Assembly (NCBI GenBank): GCA_964350315.1
Contig: CAYGJD010000002.1
Coordinates: 24,157-88,156 of the forward strand
DNA from: an uncultured bacterium
GTDB taxonomy: Bacteria; Chlamydiota; Chlamydiia; Chlamydiales; 2-12-FULL-49-11
Length of the DNA: 64,000 bases
Reading direction: 5' to 3'
The number at the start of each line of letters is the position of its first letter. The stretch's first letter is position 1. Positions 1 through 9,272 of the stretch are shown here, in pieces. The notes beneath the pieces are model-generated. The model was not told the DNA's origin. It did no database searches and was given only the letters and a program-made list of their open reading frames with translations. The position numbers and the translations under genes were made by a program.

Positions 1-68
1 ATCTTAAAGTAATTCTTTCCTTTTAATCTTATATCCCTATTCATAAAGTCAAGAAAAGGAGCTCATTT

Positions 69-1496
69 TTGGAACTCGATATAAAAAGAAAAGGCCCAAA
101 AAGGGTCATCAGCACATTCGTTCTCGTCATGCTTAACGTTTCGATCATGGCTAGTTTACGAAATTTACCTTTAGTTGCAGAGTATGGATATAGTGCGATT
201 TTCTATTTCATCATCGTCGGTCTTTGCTTTCTTGTGCCATCGGCACTTGTCTCAGCTGAGCTTGCAACAGGATGGCCAAAATCCGGTGGTATATATATAT
301 GGGTTCGAGAAGCCTTTGGTGACACTTGGGGATTTTTTGCAATTTGGATGCAGTGGGTTCACAACGTTACATGGTATCCCGCGATTTTAGCATTCGTTGC
401 CACAACCATTGGATATGTCTTCTATCCCCCACTTGCAACGAGCAAATATTTTGTCCTCAGTGTCGTGTTGATTGGATTTTGGGGAATGACTCTTTTAAAT
501 TTTTTAGGAATTAGAACATCCAGCTTGTTTAGCACCATTGGTGTAATTTGCGGGACAATTGTTCCTGGTCTTTTCCTTATATTGATGGCAGTAGCTTGGC
601 TTATTGTTGGTTACCCATCTCATATAACATTTGATATAGCCGGTTTGACTCCTGATTTTTCTAGTATCGATAATATGGTATTCTTAGGTGGCTTGTTTTT
701 AGCCTTTGCAGGTCTTGAGGTCTCCTCAGGTTATGCAAGTGAGGTGAAAAACCCACAAAGAAATTACCCAAGAGCAATCATTTTTGCTGCGATTATCACA
801 TTTTTCCTTTTTATGTTGGGCGCTCTTTCAATTGGTATTGTTATTCCAAAAGCAGACATCAGCCTTGTAAGTGGATTAATGGAAGCTTTATCTGTTTTCC
901 TTGCAAACTTTCACATGTCTTGGCTTTTACCTGTTCTTGGCCTCTTGTTAGTTTATGGTGCCGTTGCTGAAGTTAACTCATGGATTATTGGTCCAGTAAA
1001 AGCTCTTTATACAACTACGGTACATGGAAATCTTCCTCCTATATTCCAAGTAACAAATGATAAGGGTGTTCCAGTTAATTTGCTGATTTTTCAAGCAATA
1101 ATTGTGACGATCTCATCTTTTGTCTTCCTTCTAATGCCAAACTTAAGCAGCTCTTACTGGATATTAAGCGCGCTTTCTACACAGATTTATCTAGTGATGT
1201 ATATAATGATGTTTTTAGCAGCGATACGACTTCGATATTCAAGACCAAATGTTCCGAGAGCCTATCGCATTCCCCATCCTCATAAAGGAATATGGTTTGT
1301 TGCAGGAGTTGGAATATTCACTTCTCTTTTTGCAATCTTTCTAGTCTTCATTCCCCCAGCTCAGATTAATGTTGGGTCGATTGTGTTTTTTGAGTCGTTC
1401 TTAATGATTGGGTTAGCTGTCATGATAGCAATCCCATTAATCATCACACGATTTAAGAAGCCTAAATGGGATGTTTCAAGGCAATTAGACGAATAA
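69..1496 (+). CDS. APC-superfamily amino acid/polyamine permease (GadC/YjeM-like)
   Basis: 475-aa ORF that is hydrophobic throughout. N-terminal APC-type region (AELATGWPKSGGIYIWVREAFG). TTG start 8 nt after AAAGGAG. Intrinsic terminator downstream. Confidence 0.8.
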   Translation: MELDIKRKGPKRVISTFVLVMLNVSIMASLRNLPLVAEYGYSAIFYFIIVGLCFLVPSALVSAELATGWPKSGGIYIWVREAFGDTWGFFAIWMQWVHNVTWYPAILAFVATTIGYVFYPPLATSKYFVLSVVLIGFWGMTLLNFLGIRTSSLFSTIGVICGTIVPGLFLILMAVAWLIVGYPSHITFDIAGLTPDFSSIDNMVFLGGLFLAFAGLEVSSGYASEVKNPQRNYPRAIIFAAIITFFLFMLGALSIGIVIPKADISLVSGLMEALSVFLANFHMSWLLPVLGLLLVYGAVAEVNSWIIGPVKALYTTTVHGNLPPIFQVTNDKGVPVNLLIFQAIIVTISSFVFLLMPNLSSSYWILSALSTQIYLVMYIMMFLAAIRLRYSRPNVPRAYRIPHPHKGIWFVAGVGIFTSLFAIFLVFIPPAQINVGSIVFFESFLMIGLAVMIAIPLIITRFKKPKWDVSRQLDE

Positions 1497-1538
1497 TTTA
1501 AGATTCTAAATACTTTTATTTTAATTGGATTGATTCGA

Positions 1539-1566
1539 ATTCTCCAACTCCGTTGGAGAATTTTTC
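1539..1566 (+). terminator. Rho-independent terminator after the permease gene
   Basis: Perfect 9-bp stem attctccaa/ttggagaat with a 5-nt loop, followed by TTTTT. Confidence 0.7.
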
Positions 1567-1646
1567 TTGATTTTCTTGCGTTAATTTAAAGACTTGGTTA
1601 ACATTTCTTAAATATTTCCCCCAGGAAACAACGTTTAAGGAAGTCT

Positions 1647-2885
1647 ATGTCGACGATCCTATCCTACAAAGACCGTTCGAAACCACTCTCAATAAAAGAG
1701 ATGCATAAAGCCGTCCTAAGTGTCTCAAAAAACTTAGAGCCTTATACGATCAAGATTAGAAGAGAACTTCACATGTACCCCGAACTGTCGTGGCAAGAGG
1801 AAAACACTCTTTCTATTATCAAACGAGAGATTAATTCCTTCATCTACAATTGTTCATTAGACTTTACCCTTACTGAAAAAAAGGGCGGCCTTTGGCTTGA
1901 TTTAACAATTGATAATGACGCACCAAGAATTTTATTTCGAGCAGATATCGATGCTCTTCCTATTCAAGAAGAAAACAACATTGAATTTGCATCAAAAAAT
2001 CCAGGAATTATGCACGCTTGTGGTCATGATTGCCATACAGCAATGCTACTCACTGCTATTCTTGGCATTTCCAAAGGATGCATAAAACCAGAGTGTAACA
2101 TTCGATTTGTCTTCCAGCGAGCAGAAGAAGTGTGTGAGCGGGAATCAGGAGGACAGCTTTTAGTTAGAGATGGTGTATGCGATAATATTGATGCTGCCTA
2201 TTGCCTACATGTTGGAGTGAATGATGCTCCAGGGGTCTTCTTCAGCAAACAAGGAATGCAATTTTGCAATCCTATGACTTTGGAAATTGAAGTCGAAACA
2301 AACGGTGGACACGTCGCCTCCCCATCTATTGGAACAAATTCTATTGATGTGATAACTACTATTGCTACCGAGCTTAGAGGAATAGAAAGACTTCTTTTCC
2401 CACCAACAGAGCCTGTAGTTTTCGTTCCCAGCATCATAACAGCAGGCACGGCATCAAATATTCGACCAAATCGTGCACGGGTTGTTTTTGCCCTTCGAAA
2501 CTTTTTTTCCGATGAGAAAAAAAAGATGTTTCTAGCCCACATTCGAATGAAAATCGAATCGATCATTTCCTCATATGGGAATGCAAAGCTTTCTAAATTT
2601 AATATTACTAAGGGGTATCCTGTTTTAATCAACGATCCAAGAAGCTTTCAATTTGTGAACTCTTCTCTTAATGCGATTGGATTTGCAACAGATAGCGATG
2701 ATTTAAGCTTTGCTGGAGATGACTTTTCCTATTATCTGCAAAAGGTTCCCGGATGCTATTGGGTGCTTGGAGCTTGGCAAGAAAACACCCTAGATCACCA
2801 TACAGCTAAATTCAACCCTGATGAATCCGTCTTATACCAAGGTGTTGCCTATTGGCTCCTTCTTAGCTTGCGAATTCCTTGCTAG
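1647..2885 (+). CDS. M20-family amidohydrolase (aminoacylase/hippurate hydrolase type)
   Basis: 412 aa. Metal-binding region MHACGHDCHTAMLL and overall M20D-like layout. ATG preceded by AAGGAAG. Confidence 0.75.
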   Translation: MSTILSYKDRSKPLSIKEMHKAVLSVSKNLEPYTIKIRRELHMYPELSWQEENTLSIIKREINSFIYNCSLDFTLTEKKGGLWLDLTIDNDAPRILFRADIDALPIQEENNIEFASKNPGIMHACGHDCHTAMLLTAILGISKGCIKPECNIRFVFQRAEEVCERESGGQLLVRDGVCDNIDAAYCLHVGVNDAPGVFFSKQGMQFCNPMTLEIEVETNGGHVASPSIGTNSIDVITTIATELRGIERLLFPPTEPVVFVPSIITAGTASNIRPNRARVVFALRNFFSDEKKKMFLAHIRMKIESIISSYGNAKLSKFNITKGYPVLINDPRSFQFVNSSLNAIGFATDSDDLSFAGDDFSYYLQKVPGCYWVLGAWQENTLDHHTAKFNPDESVLYQGVAYWLLLSLRIPC

Positions 2886-2900
2886 AGCGCTCTATGAAAG

Positions 2901-3779
2901 TTAAGCCTTCTTAGAAAGTTGCTCGTTTAAGTCTGGGCCACCAATTTTAACCACATACTCTCTAACTGCTTCAACTCTTGCATTCACTTCAGGGTGCGAT
3001 AGTGAACCGAACCAAATTCCCCATTCACTTTGATCTTCTGGAGAGTTTGCTTGAAAAGCTTTTATTGCAAAGGCTCCAAGTTCTCCATTTTTTGTTTTGA
3101 AGATGTAAACAGCTCCGATCATATCGTGGTCAATTGCAGAAATTCCAAGAGGAGAATCTATCAACCCTTTTGGGAAAGCTTCTTTCACTTTATCAAATAT
3201 GCCAAGTTGTTCGGAAGTTCTCAAATCTCTGCCGCCTTTTGGATAAACAACAGATAGATAACCACCTTTGCTTAAATAATCTCTTAAAATAGCAGGCCTT
3301 GTTTGAACTGTATAGAGGCGCTTCTTATCAACAAGTAGTTCAGCGTCTACTAAATCCTTTGAAATCTCCCCTTCTGTGCAAAGTGGAGTTGCAGGTGTTG
3401 GTGTATGAATCATCCCAATAAGCTGAACAATCTCGCCAGTCGAAAGGTAATATGCTAAAACTCGCTCAAATTCACCCTGAGCTGTTACAAATAGCGGGCG
3501 CATTTCTAAATCGCCACCTGCAGTAGCAGCCGATCGAATCTCAGACCCATTCTTTTCAAGAGAGTTCACAAAGGCAATTAGGTTTTCTTTATCTTGGGCA
3601 TTTCCCGATAAGATATTTTCTTTCACATCTTTGAAACACAAATCAATCATCTGTTGCATTTCATTAACATGTTGAAATTTCGTTTTGTTTGTATTTTTTG
3701 AAACAGAAGCAAAACACATAGGAGTGAATAGTAAAGAGGCTGCTAAAAATCGGTGAAATTGAATCTGCTTTTTTTTCAT
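2901..3779 (-). CDS. Secreted hypothetical protein
   Basis: 292-aa ORF with N-terminal signal-like segment (FLAASLLFTPMCFASVS). No family recognised. Confidence 0.6.
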   Translation of the reverse strand: MKKKQIQFHRFLAASLLFTPMCFASVSKNTNKTKFQHVNEMQQMIDLCFKDVKENILSGNAQDKENLIAFVNSLEKNGSEIRSAATAGGDLEMRPLFVTAQGEFERVLAYYLSTGEIVQLIGMIHTPTPATPLCTEGEISKDLVDAELLVDKKRLYTVQTRPAILRDYLSKGGYLSVVYPKGGRDLRTSEQLGIFDKVKEAFPKGLIDSPLGISAIDHDMIGAVYIFKTKNGELGAFAIKAFQANSPEDQSEWGIWFGSLSHPEVNARVEAVREYVVKIGGPDLNEQLSKKA

Positions 3780-3968
3780 AAAAATGAACTCCTAAAGTTC
3801 TCGTTATATTGACAATATAGATTTTCTAAAATCTAAGTATAAATAAAGTGGGTTTTTCTGGGAAACAAAATGGCCCACTTGCTTATTTCTTCAAATAATG
3901 TAATTAAATATTACAAAAATAAGTTGAATTCTCCTACTATACAAAAAAAACTTTTTTAAGAGGATCGA

Positions 3969-5021
3969 ATGACTGTTAGCACACAAACTAAAGTGAAATT
4001 TTTTTTCTATCGTTTATCGTCGTTTACAAAATCATTTAAAGCTTTGTACACTTTGCCCCCAGAAAAGGTTGATGCTTTCATCAACTCCTATGAAATTTTC
4101 AATCATGATTGGAAAGATGAAGAAGAGCTTATCGCTAAAATGGGAGAAAATTATTACCAAGAAGCACAACAAAAAATTATTGATTACTATTCTGTGCTCA
4201 ACCTCCTTTGCTCTCTTGGTCCTGTAGAAAAGATGTATATTCCACCTATTATGGATCCAACAAAAGGGGTGGTAGAAAATCAAAACTTGTTTGAACAAAA
4301 GATGGTAAAAGACCTTAAAATTAAGAAAGGTCAAAATGTTCTTGATGTTGGGTGTGGAAGAGGAAGAATTGCCCACAATGTTGCAAGAATAACAGGAGCA
4401 AATGTAATTGGTTTTAACATCGACAAGAGTCAAATAGAACATGCTAAGAAGTTTGCTGAAGGGACATGCTTAGACCATCTTTGCACTTTTCAACAACACG
4501 ATATGAATGATCTTCCTTTACCTTTTAAAAGTGAATCTTTTGATGCTATCTACCAAATTCAAGCTTTTAGTTATTCAAAAGACATTCCAAAACTTTTAGA
4601 TGAATTATACCGCATCCTTAAACCAGGAGGTCGAATTTCAGGACTCGATTGGATGACTCTTGAAAACTACGATTCCAAAAACAAAGAGCACGTAGAATTG
4701 ATTAATCAAATCAAGCCTCTTCTTGGTGCGATAGGAACTCCGAATAAGGCTGGTTTTAAGCAGGACTTCTTGAAAGCAGGCTTTAAGATTATTGTAGCTG
4801 AAACGCCTAGTGTAGATGAAATTGAAGGCCCCCTTATTGAAAAGGCCTCAAAGCACTTCACTCTTGTGAATAAAATTATAACAGGTCTTGTAAAAGTGAA
4901 AATACTACCAAAACACTTTAAAACTCTGTTAGATCGTTTAAATCACAACGCAGATAAATTTATAGAAGTTGATAAAATGAAACTTGCTACAACAAATTAC
5001 CATTTGGTTGCAGAAAAATAG
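3969..5021 (+). CDS. Class I SAM-dependent methyltransferase, sterol C24-methyltransferase (Erg6/SMT)-like
   Basis: 350 aa. SAM motif [18 protein letters not shown], and post-motif segment [20 protein letters not shown] resembling the recalled SMT region. SD AGAGGA before the ATG. Confidence 0.6.
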   Translation: [350 protein letters not shown]

Positions 5022-5052
5022 CCCCTCATTTTTGAATCAATCTATTGTAAAA

Positions 5053-5093
5053 AATATTCACCTCACTGATATATTAACAATGAGGTGAATATT
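5053..5093 (+). promoter_or_regulatory. 13-bp perfect inverted repeat overlapping the Shine-Dalgarno of the downstream small ORF
   Basis: aatattcacctca (5053-5065) pairs with tgaggtgaatatt (5081-5093) across a 15-nt loop. The right arm contains GAGGTG, 7 nt upstream of the ATG at 5096. Confidence 0.5.
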
Positions 5094-5095
5094 AA

Positions 5096-5368
5096 ATGAG
5101 CAAAAAAAAATCCCTAAAATCTATATGGAAGTGGTTTCTTTCAGTTGTAGAGCTTCCAGGTAAAATTCTAAGAATCTCGCCAGAAGAAACAACAACTCCT
5201 TGTAATAATTGCAAAGAGAGCATTGACGCTCTTGAGCTTAAAAAGGCAAAAGCTTGTAAGGGTTCTTTTCAAAAGACATCTTGTGAATCAATTCAGAAAG
5301 ACTTAGACAAGAAGCTTCACGAATATAAATCTCTGTGTGACAAAGACATCAATAAGCAAGCTGAATAA
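5096..5368 (+). CDS. Small hypothetical protein (90 aa, Lys/Cys-containing)
   Basis: ORF with GAGGTG SD. No family recognised. Confidence 0.45.
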   Translation: MSKKKSLKSIWKWFLSVVELPGKILRISPEETTTPCNNCKESIDALELKKAKACKGSFQKTSCESIQKDLDKKLHEYKSLCDKDINKQAE

Positions 5369-5391
5369 AAACAATCAGAACTTATGACTAA

Positions 5392-7242
5392 CTAAGTCAA
5401 TGCAAGCTCAGGCACTTCTGGTTCGATCCATCTTCCGTGCTCTTTGATTAAATCGATCAATCTTTCAACAGCATCTTCGTGATCGATATTGCGTTCAACA
5501 CAGGTTTTTCCAACATATAGATCAATCATGTTTGTTCTTGATCCAACATATCCAAAATCAGCATCGGCCATTTCTCCGGGCCCATTGACAATACAACCCA
5601 TAATAGCGACTTTAACGCCAGGCAAGTGGCCGGTTCTTTCCTGAACTTTCTTTGTAACACTCTGAATATCAAACAAGGTTCTTCCACATCCAGGGCAAGC
5701 TATGTAATCTGTTTTAGAGGCGCGCATGCGTGCAGCTTGCAAAATGCTAAAGCTCAGAAAGCGGCGCATTTTAACGCCTTGATTTGAAACCAACATTACG
5801 CCTTCACCCATTCCATCTGAAAGCAAAGATCCAAACTCTGTTGCTGCGTGGATTACTAGATCTTCATCTGATAAATTATAGCGCATTACCAAAATCACAG
5901 GAATTTCCAATTGCTTTTTCTTTAACCACTCAAAAAATGGACGGCCGCGATGCATCTTGGATCCAGTTAGCTCTAGAAGGATGAATGAAGCGCCTTTTGC
6001 AAGCTTCTTCTCCCAAAGGGCAGTATCACCATCAAAAATAGAAACAACGTCACCAAGATTATCTAAAGCTAATACTGATATACCTGATTCTTTCAATTTC
6101 TTAGCTTTTGCTGCCATCTCATCATCAAGCGTATCAACAACAACAATATCTGCTGTACCAACGACTTTTTCTGGAAGTCCAAGTTGAATTTTGGCGCCGA
6201 TTGCTTCAAATAAACTGTTTTCTAAAAACTCTTTCTTTGAGACCTTAACTAAAACGCTTCCATCAGGATGAAGAGGCGTTCCTTCGACAACAACTTTACG
6301 TTTTTCAATCTCGCTGATATTGCGAGTCTCCTCAAATGGTTCAATGCCCTGCATTTTCTCATAAGATTCAAATAGATTCACAAGGCGTTTACAAGGATCG
6401 ATTTCAAGCCATGGATCTTCAGTTAAAGAAACTCTGATAGTATCTCCAAGGCCATCCAGCAATAATGATCCAGTTCCAACAGAAGATTTTACTCTTCCAT
6501 CCTCACCTTCTCCCGCCTCTGTAACACCAAGGTGTAATGGATAATTCCATCCAAGCTTCATCATTTCTGCAACAAGCAGTCTATATGCCTGCATCATCAC
6601 AAGTGGATTGCTTGCTTTCATTGAGAATAGAAAATTGTGATAGTCATGCATACGACAAACTTTAGCAAATTCAATCGCTGATTCTACCATTCCAGCTGGA
6701 GTGTCTCCGAAGCGGTTCATGATGCGATCAGATAGGGAGCCATGATTTGTTCCAATTCGCATAGCGATTCCACGCTCTTTACACTTCAATACGAGGGGCG
6801 AGAAGCCTTCTTCAATTTTAAGAATTTCATTCGCATAAGTTTCATCTGTGTATTCAATCGTCTTAAAAACAGCTCTACGGTCTACGTAGTTACCTGGATT
6901 AACGCGTACTTTGTCTACAAATTCAGCAACAAGCATTGCAGCTGGTGGATAGAAGTGAATATCTGCAACAAGGGGGATATTGTAGCCTCTTCGAACAAGA
7001 CCATTTTTAATATGTTCGCACGCTTCTGCTTCCTTTTTTCCTTGGACAGTCACGCGAGCAATCTCACATCCATAGTCTGCAAGTTTAATAATTTGCTCTA
7101 TTGTGTGCTCAACATCTCGAGTGTTCGAAGTCGTCATTGACTGAATGCGAATAGGGTTATTACCCCCTACTTTAACATCGCCTATTTTGACAACCCGTGT
7201 TGGCCATCTCTTTGTTCGATTTGTTAATTCACAATACTTCAT
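5392..7242 (-). CDS. ispG: 4-hydroxy-3-methylbut-2-en-1-yl diphosphate synthase, long form with inserted domain
   Basis: 616 aa. N-terminal TIM-barrel region (RIQSMTTSNT, NPGNY) and C-terminal 4Fe-4S region (CPGCGRT ... GCIVNGPGE). A large central insert as in chlamydial/plant-type GcpE. AGGAGG SD. Confidence 0.93.
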   Translation of the reverse strand: MKYCELTNRTKRWPTRVVKIGDVKVGGNNPIRIQSMTTSNTRDVEHTIEQIIKLADYGCEIARVTVQGKKEAEACEHIKNGLVRRGYNIPLVADIHFYPPAAMLVAEFVDKVRVNPGNYVDRRAVFKTIEYTDETYANEILKIEEGFSPLVLKCKERGIAMRIGTNHGSLSDRIMNRFGDTPAGMVESAIEFAKVCRMHDYHNFLFSMKASNPLVMMQAYRLLVAEMMKLGWNYPLHLGVTEAGEGEDGRVKSSVGTGSLLLDGLGDTIRVSLTEDPWLEIDPCKRLVNLFESYEKMQGIEPFEETRNISEIEKRKVVVEGTPLHPDGSVLVKVSKKEFLENSLFEAIGAKIQLGLPEKVVGTADIVVVDTLDDEMAAKAKKLKESGISVLALDNLGDVVSIFDGDTALWEKKLAKGASFILLELTGSKMHRGRPFFEWLKKKQLEIPVILVMRYNLSDEDLVIHAATEFGSLLSDGMGEGVMLVSNQGVKMRRFLSFSILQAARMRASKTDYIACPGCGRTLFDIQSVTKKVQERTGHLPGVKVAIMGCIVNGPGEMADADFGYVGSRTNMIDLYVGKTCVERNIDHEDAVERLIDLIKEHGRWIEPEVPELALT

Positions 7243-7294
7243 ATAACTCCTCCTAAAAGAGGTGAATTATAGGGGATCGATATGATTACGGCTA

Positions 7295-7615
7295 TTAAAA
7301 AGTCAGATATTCAGCATCAATCTTCTTTGCTAACTGAAAATCATTATTTGACACACCGCCAACAGAGTGGGTGGAGCAGCTTATTTCGACCTTACCCCAA
7401 CTTAGATGAATATCGGGATGGTGATTCATTTCTTCAGCAATTGCTCCGATAGCAACAACAAAGTTAAGACCTTTCTTGAAATTTGAAAATTTATACTTTC
7501 TTTTAATGGATTTTGTACCATCTATCATCCATTCAGGAGATATCAATTCTTTAATTGTCTGAATTTCTTCCATATTCAGAAGATAAGGGGCTAGTCTTTT
7601 TTCAGGAAGATTCAT
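7295..7615 (-). CDS. Pterin-4-alpha-carbinolamine dehydratase (PCD/DCoH family)
   Basis: 106 aa with NHHPDIHLSWGKVEISCSTH core. ATGA overlap with the upstream elbB stop. Confidence 0.8.
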   Translation of the reverse strand: MNLPEKRLAPYLLNMEEIQTIKELISPEWMIDGTKSIKRKYKFSNFKKGLNFVVAIGAIAEEMNHHPDIHLSWGKVEISCSTHSVGGVSNNDFQLAKKIDAEYLTF

Positions 7616-8250
7616 AATACCTCTTGTACTTTTTTTAAAGATTGATAGATTTTAGCAATGTCTGGTTTCTCCATATAAGCTGGAACCGTGTATATTCTAT
7701 TGTTTTTATCAATACAAGCCTCATCGATTTTGCAACTAACTGCATCAATCCCCATTGATTCTAAGATTTTGATTTGCTTTGCATCGCTCCCTACAGTCAT
7801 TCTCACTCCGCTCCCCTGCAAAACTCTCCCAATAATCATCGGAGATATGCACATGCCAACGATCACTTTTTTTGCCTCAAAAAAACCTCGAATCACTCGA
7901 GAGACTTCATGGTTTACAGTGCAATCGGTCCCCTTTTCTGCCCAATCTGAAAAATTATTTGCGACCCCAAAACCACCTGGCATTCCTAATATGTCATAGT
8001 CCATCGCATCTAAGATTTTCATATTTAGAATTTTTCCACGCGCGATACGAGCTGACATTTCCATCATATTTTGTTTCTGAGCAGTTGGTTCTTTTGTCAG
8101 GTGAGAAATCGGCTGGTTCACTTCTTGATCAAGTGAAAAGAAATCAACATCTATCCCCTTCTCTTTCAACGCTAACATTAAAAGTGTTGCTTCGTGTATC
8201 TCCGCACCATCTAAAAATCCACACCCTGCTAATATCATTGCTGCTTTCAT
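7612..8250 (-). CDS. elbB: ElbB-like DJ-1/PfpI-superfamily protein (isoprenoid-biosynthesis associated)
   Basis: Near full-length resemblance to recalled E. coli ElbB (ILAGCGFLDGAEIHEATL, PGGFGVANN, TVPAYM). Start placed at ATG 8250, 5 nt after GAGGTGG. The track ORF begins at GTG 8259. Confidence 0.8.
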   Translation of the reverse strand: MKAAMILAGCGFLDGAEIHEATLLMLALKEKGIDVDFFSLDQEVNQPISHLTKEPTAQKQNMMEMSARIARGKILNMKILDAMDYDILGMPGGFGVANNFSDWAEKGTDCTVNHEVSRVIRGFFEAKKVIVGMCISPMIIGRVLQGSGVRMTVGSDAKQIKILESMGIDAVSCKIDEACIDKNNRIYTVPAYMEKPDIAKIYQSLKKVQEVL

Positions 8251-8413
8251 CAATTCCACCTCTTATATGATTCAAACTTTACCACTTAATTGATTATTTT
8301 CGCAAACTGACTCAGAAGGGGAACATCTTCACCATTGATCCAAAGAGACTTAAGTTAAAATGTGTTTCATTTAGTAAATTGAAAGAGTAGGGAATAAAAA
8401 AAAGAGATCAAAA

Positions 8414-8653
8414 ATGGACCATAAAAAGCACCACGACGAGTTCTTTGAGTGCATAGCTTCAATCAAAGAAGCATTAGGTTCTTGTAAGAATTCTGCAATT
8501 CATCACTGTTATGTTCAACGATCATTATGCGATCACTGCATGAAAATTTACAATGATCATGGTTCTTTGTGCGCTCAAAAGCCAAATTGCAAAAAAAACT
8601 GCACTAAATCATGTAAGGCTTTCTTCAAGAAGTTTGACGAGAAATCTGATTAA
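8414..8653 (+). CDS. Small Cys/His-rich protein (possible metal-binding helical bundle)
   Basis: 79 aa with 9 Cys and many His in CxxC-like spacing. Its 3' end overlaps the convergent methyltransferase gene by 29 nt. Confidence 0.4.
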   Translation: MDHKKHHDEFFECIASIKEALGSCKNSAIHHCYVQRSLCDHCMKIYNDHGSLCAQKPNCKKNCTKSCKAFFKKFDEKSD

Positions 8654-9272
8654 TATATGCATCTGTATCTCCCCAGGGAAAACGAACTCGAAGCTTTTGT
8701 GTTACCCGAAATCTCCTGTCGTATTCACACAGTGCATAGCTAATGGTCACAATTTTGGCCTCTTTTGGGAATTTGTCGCAAAGGTGATAAATCACTTTAT
8801 CAGGTAGGCAGGTTCCATATAAATAGATCACCGTAGCGTCTGATGGGTCTACATCGCGAAAATCCTTCTCTTGAAAATCTATATCGATCTGATGTTTCTT
8901 GGCTAGGTTTTGAGCGCGTTTCACAAAAACAGGATTATGTTCAATCCCCGTTACTTTTGATGAAAAGTAATGCTTAAGAAAAAACGAACTTCTCCCTCTA
9001 CCTGAGCCATATTCATAAATATGATCATCTTTTGTCAATTTAAGAGCTCTTGCGATCTTATTCATTGTTGTAAGAGGCGTTTCACCATATTGATGGATAT
9101 CCATTTCACCCATCGCTTGGCAATACTCTCTGCTGATTGTGTAGGGATTTTTCCACTTATAATCACTTTTGAGATCCTTATCGATTTTTTGAAATTTAGG
9201 ATCTGGAAAGATCTTATAAAAAGATCGATCTTCAAGCCATTCCCATATTTTTACAGAAAAATAATTTACCAA
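8625..9272 (-). CDS. Class I SAM-dependent methyltransferase
   Basis: 215 aa. Motif I YEYGSGRGRSS followed by acidic loops. The only available start is TTG, overlapping the upstream gene by 7 nt. Confidence 0.65.
   Translation of the reverse strand: MVNYFSVKIWEWLEDRSFYKIFPDPKFQKIDKDLKSDYKWKNPYTISREYCQAMGEMDIHQYGETPLTTMNKIARALKLTKDDHIYEYGSGRGRSSFFLKHYFSSKVTGIEHNPVFVKRAQNLAKKHQIDIDFQEKDFRDVDPSDATVIYLYGTCLPDKVIYHLCDKFPKEAKIVTISYALCEYDRRFRVTQKLRVRFPWGDTDAYINQISRQTS

Noticed and set aside
3809-3844. TTGACA and TATAAA(T) boxes upstream of the SMT-like gene
   Set aside because: The spacer is 23 nt, or 12 nt to an alternative TAAAAT. Neither is compatible with a functional sigma-70 promoter, and such hexamers occur by chance in AT-rich DNA.
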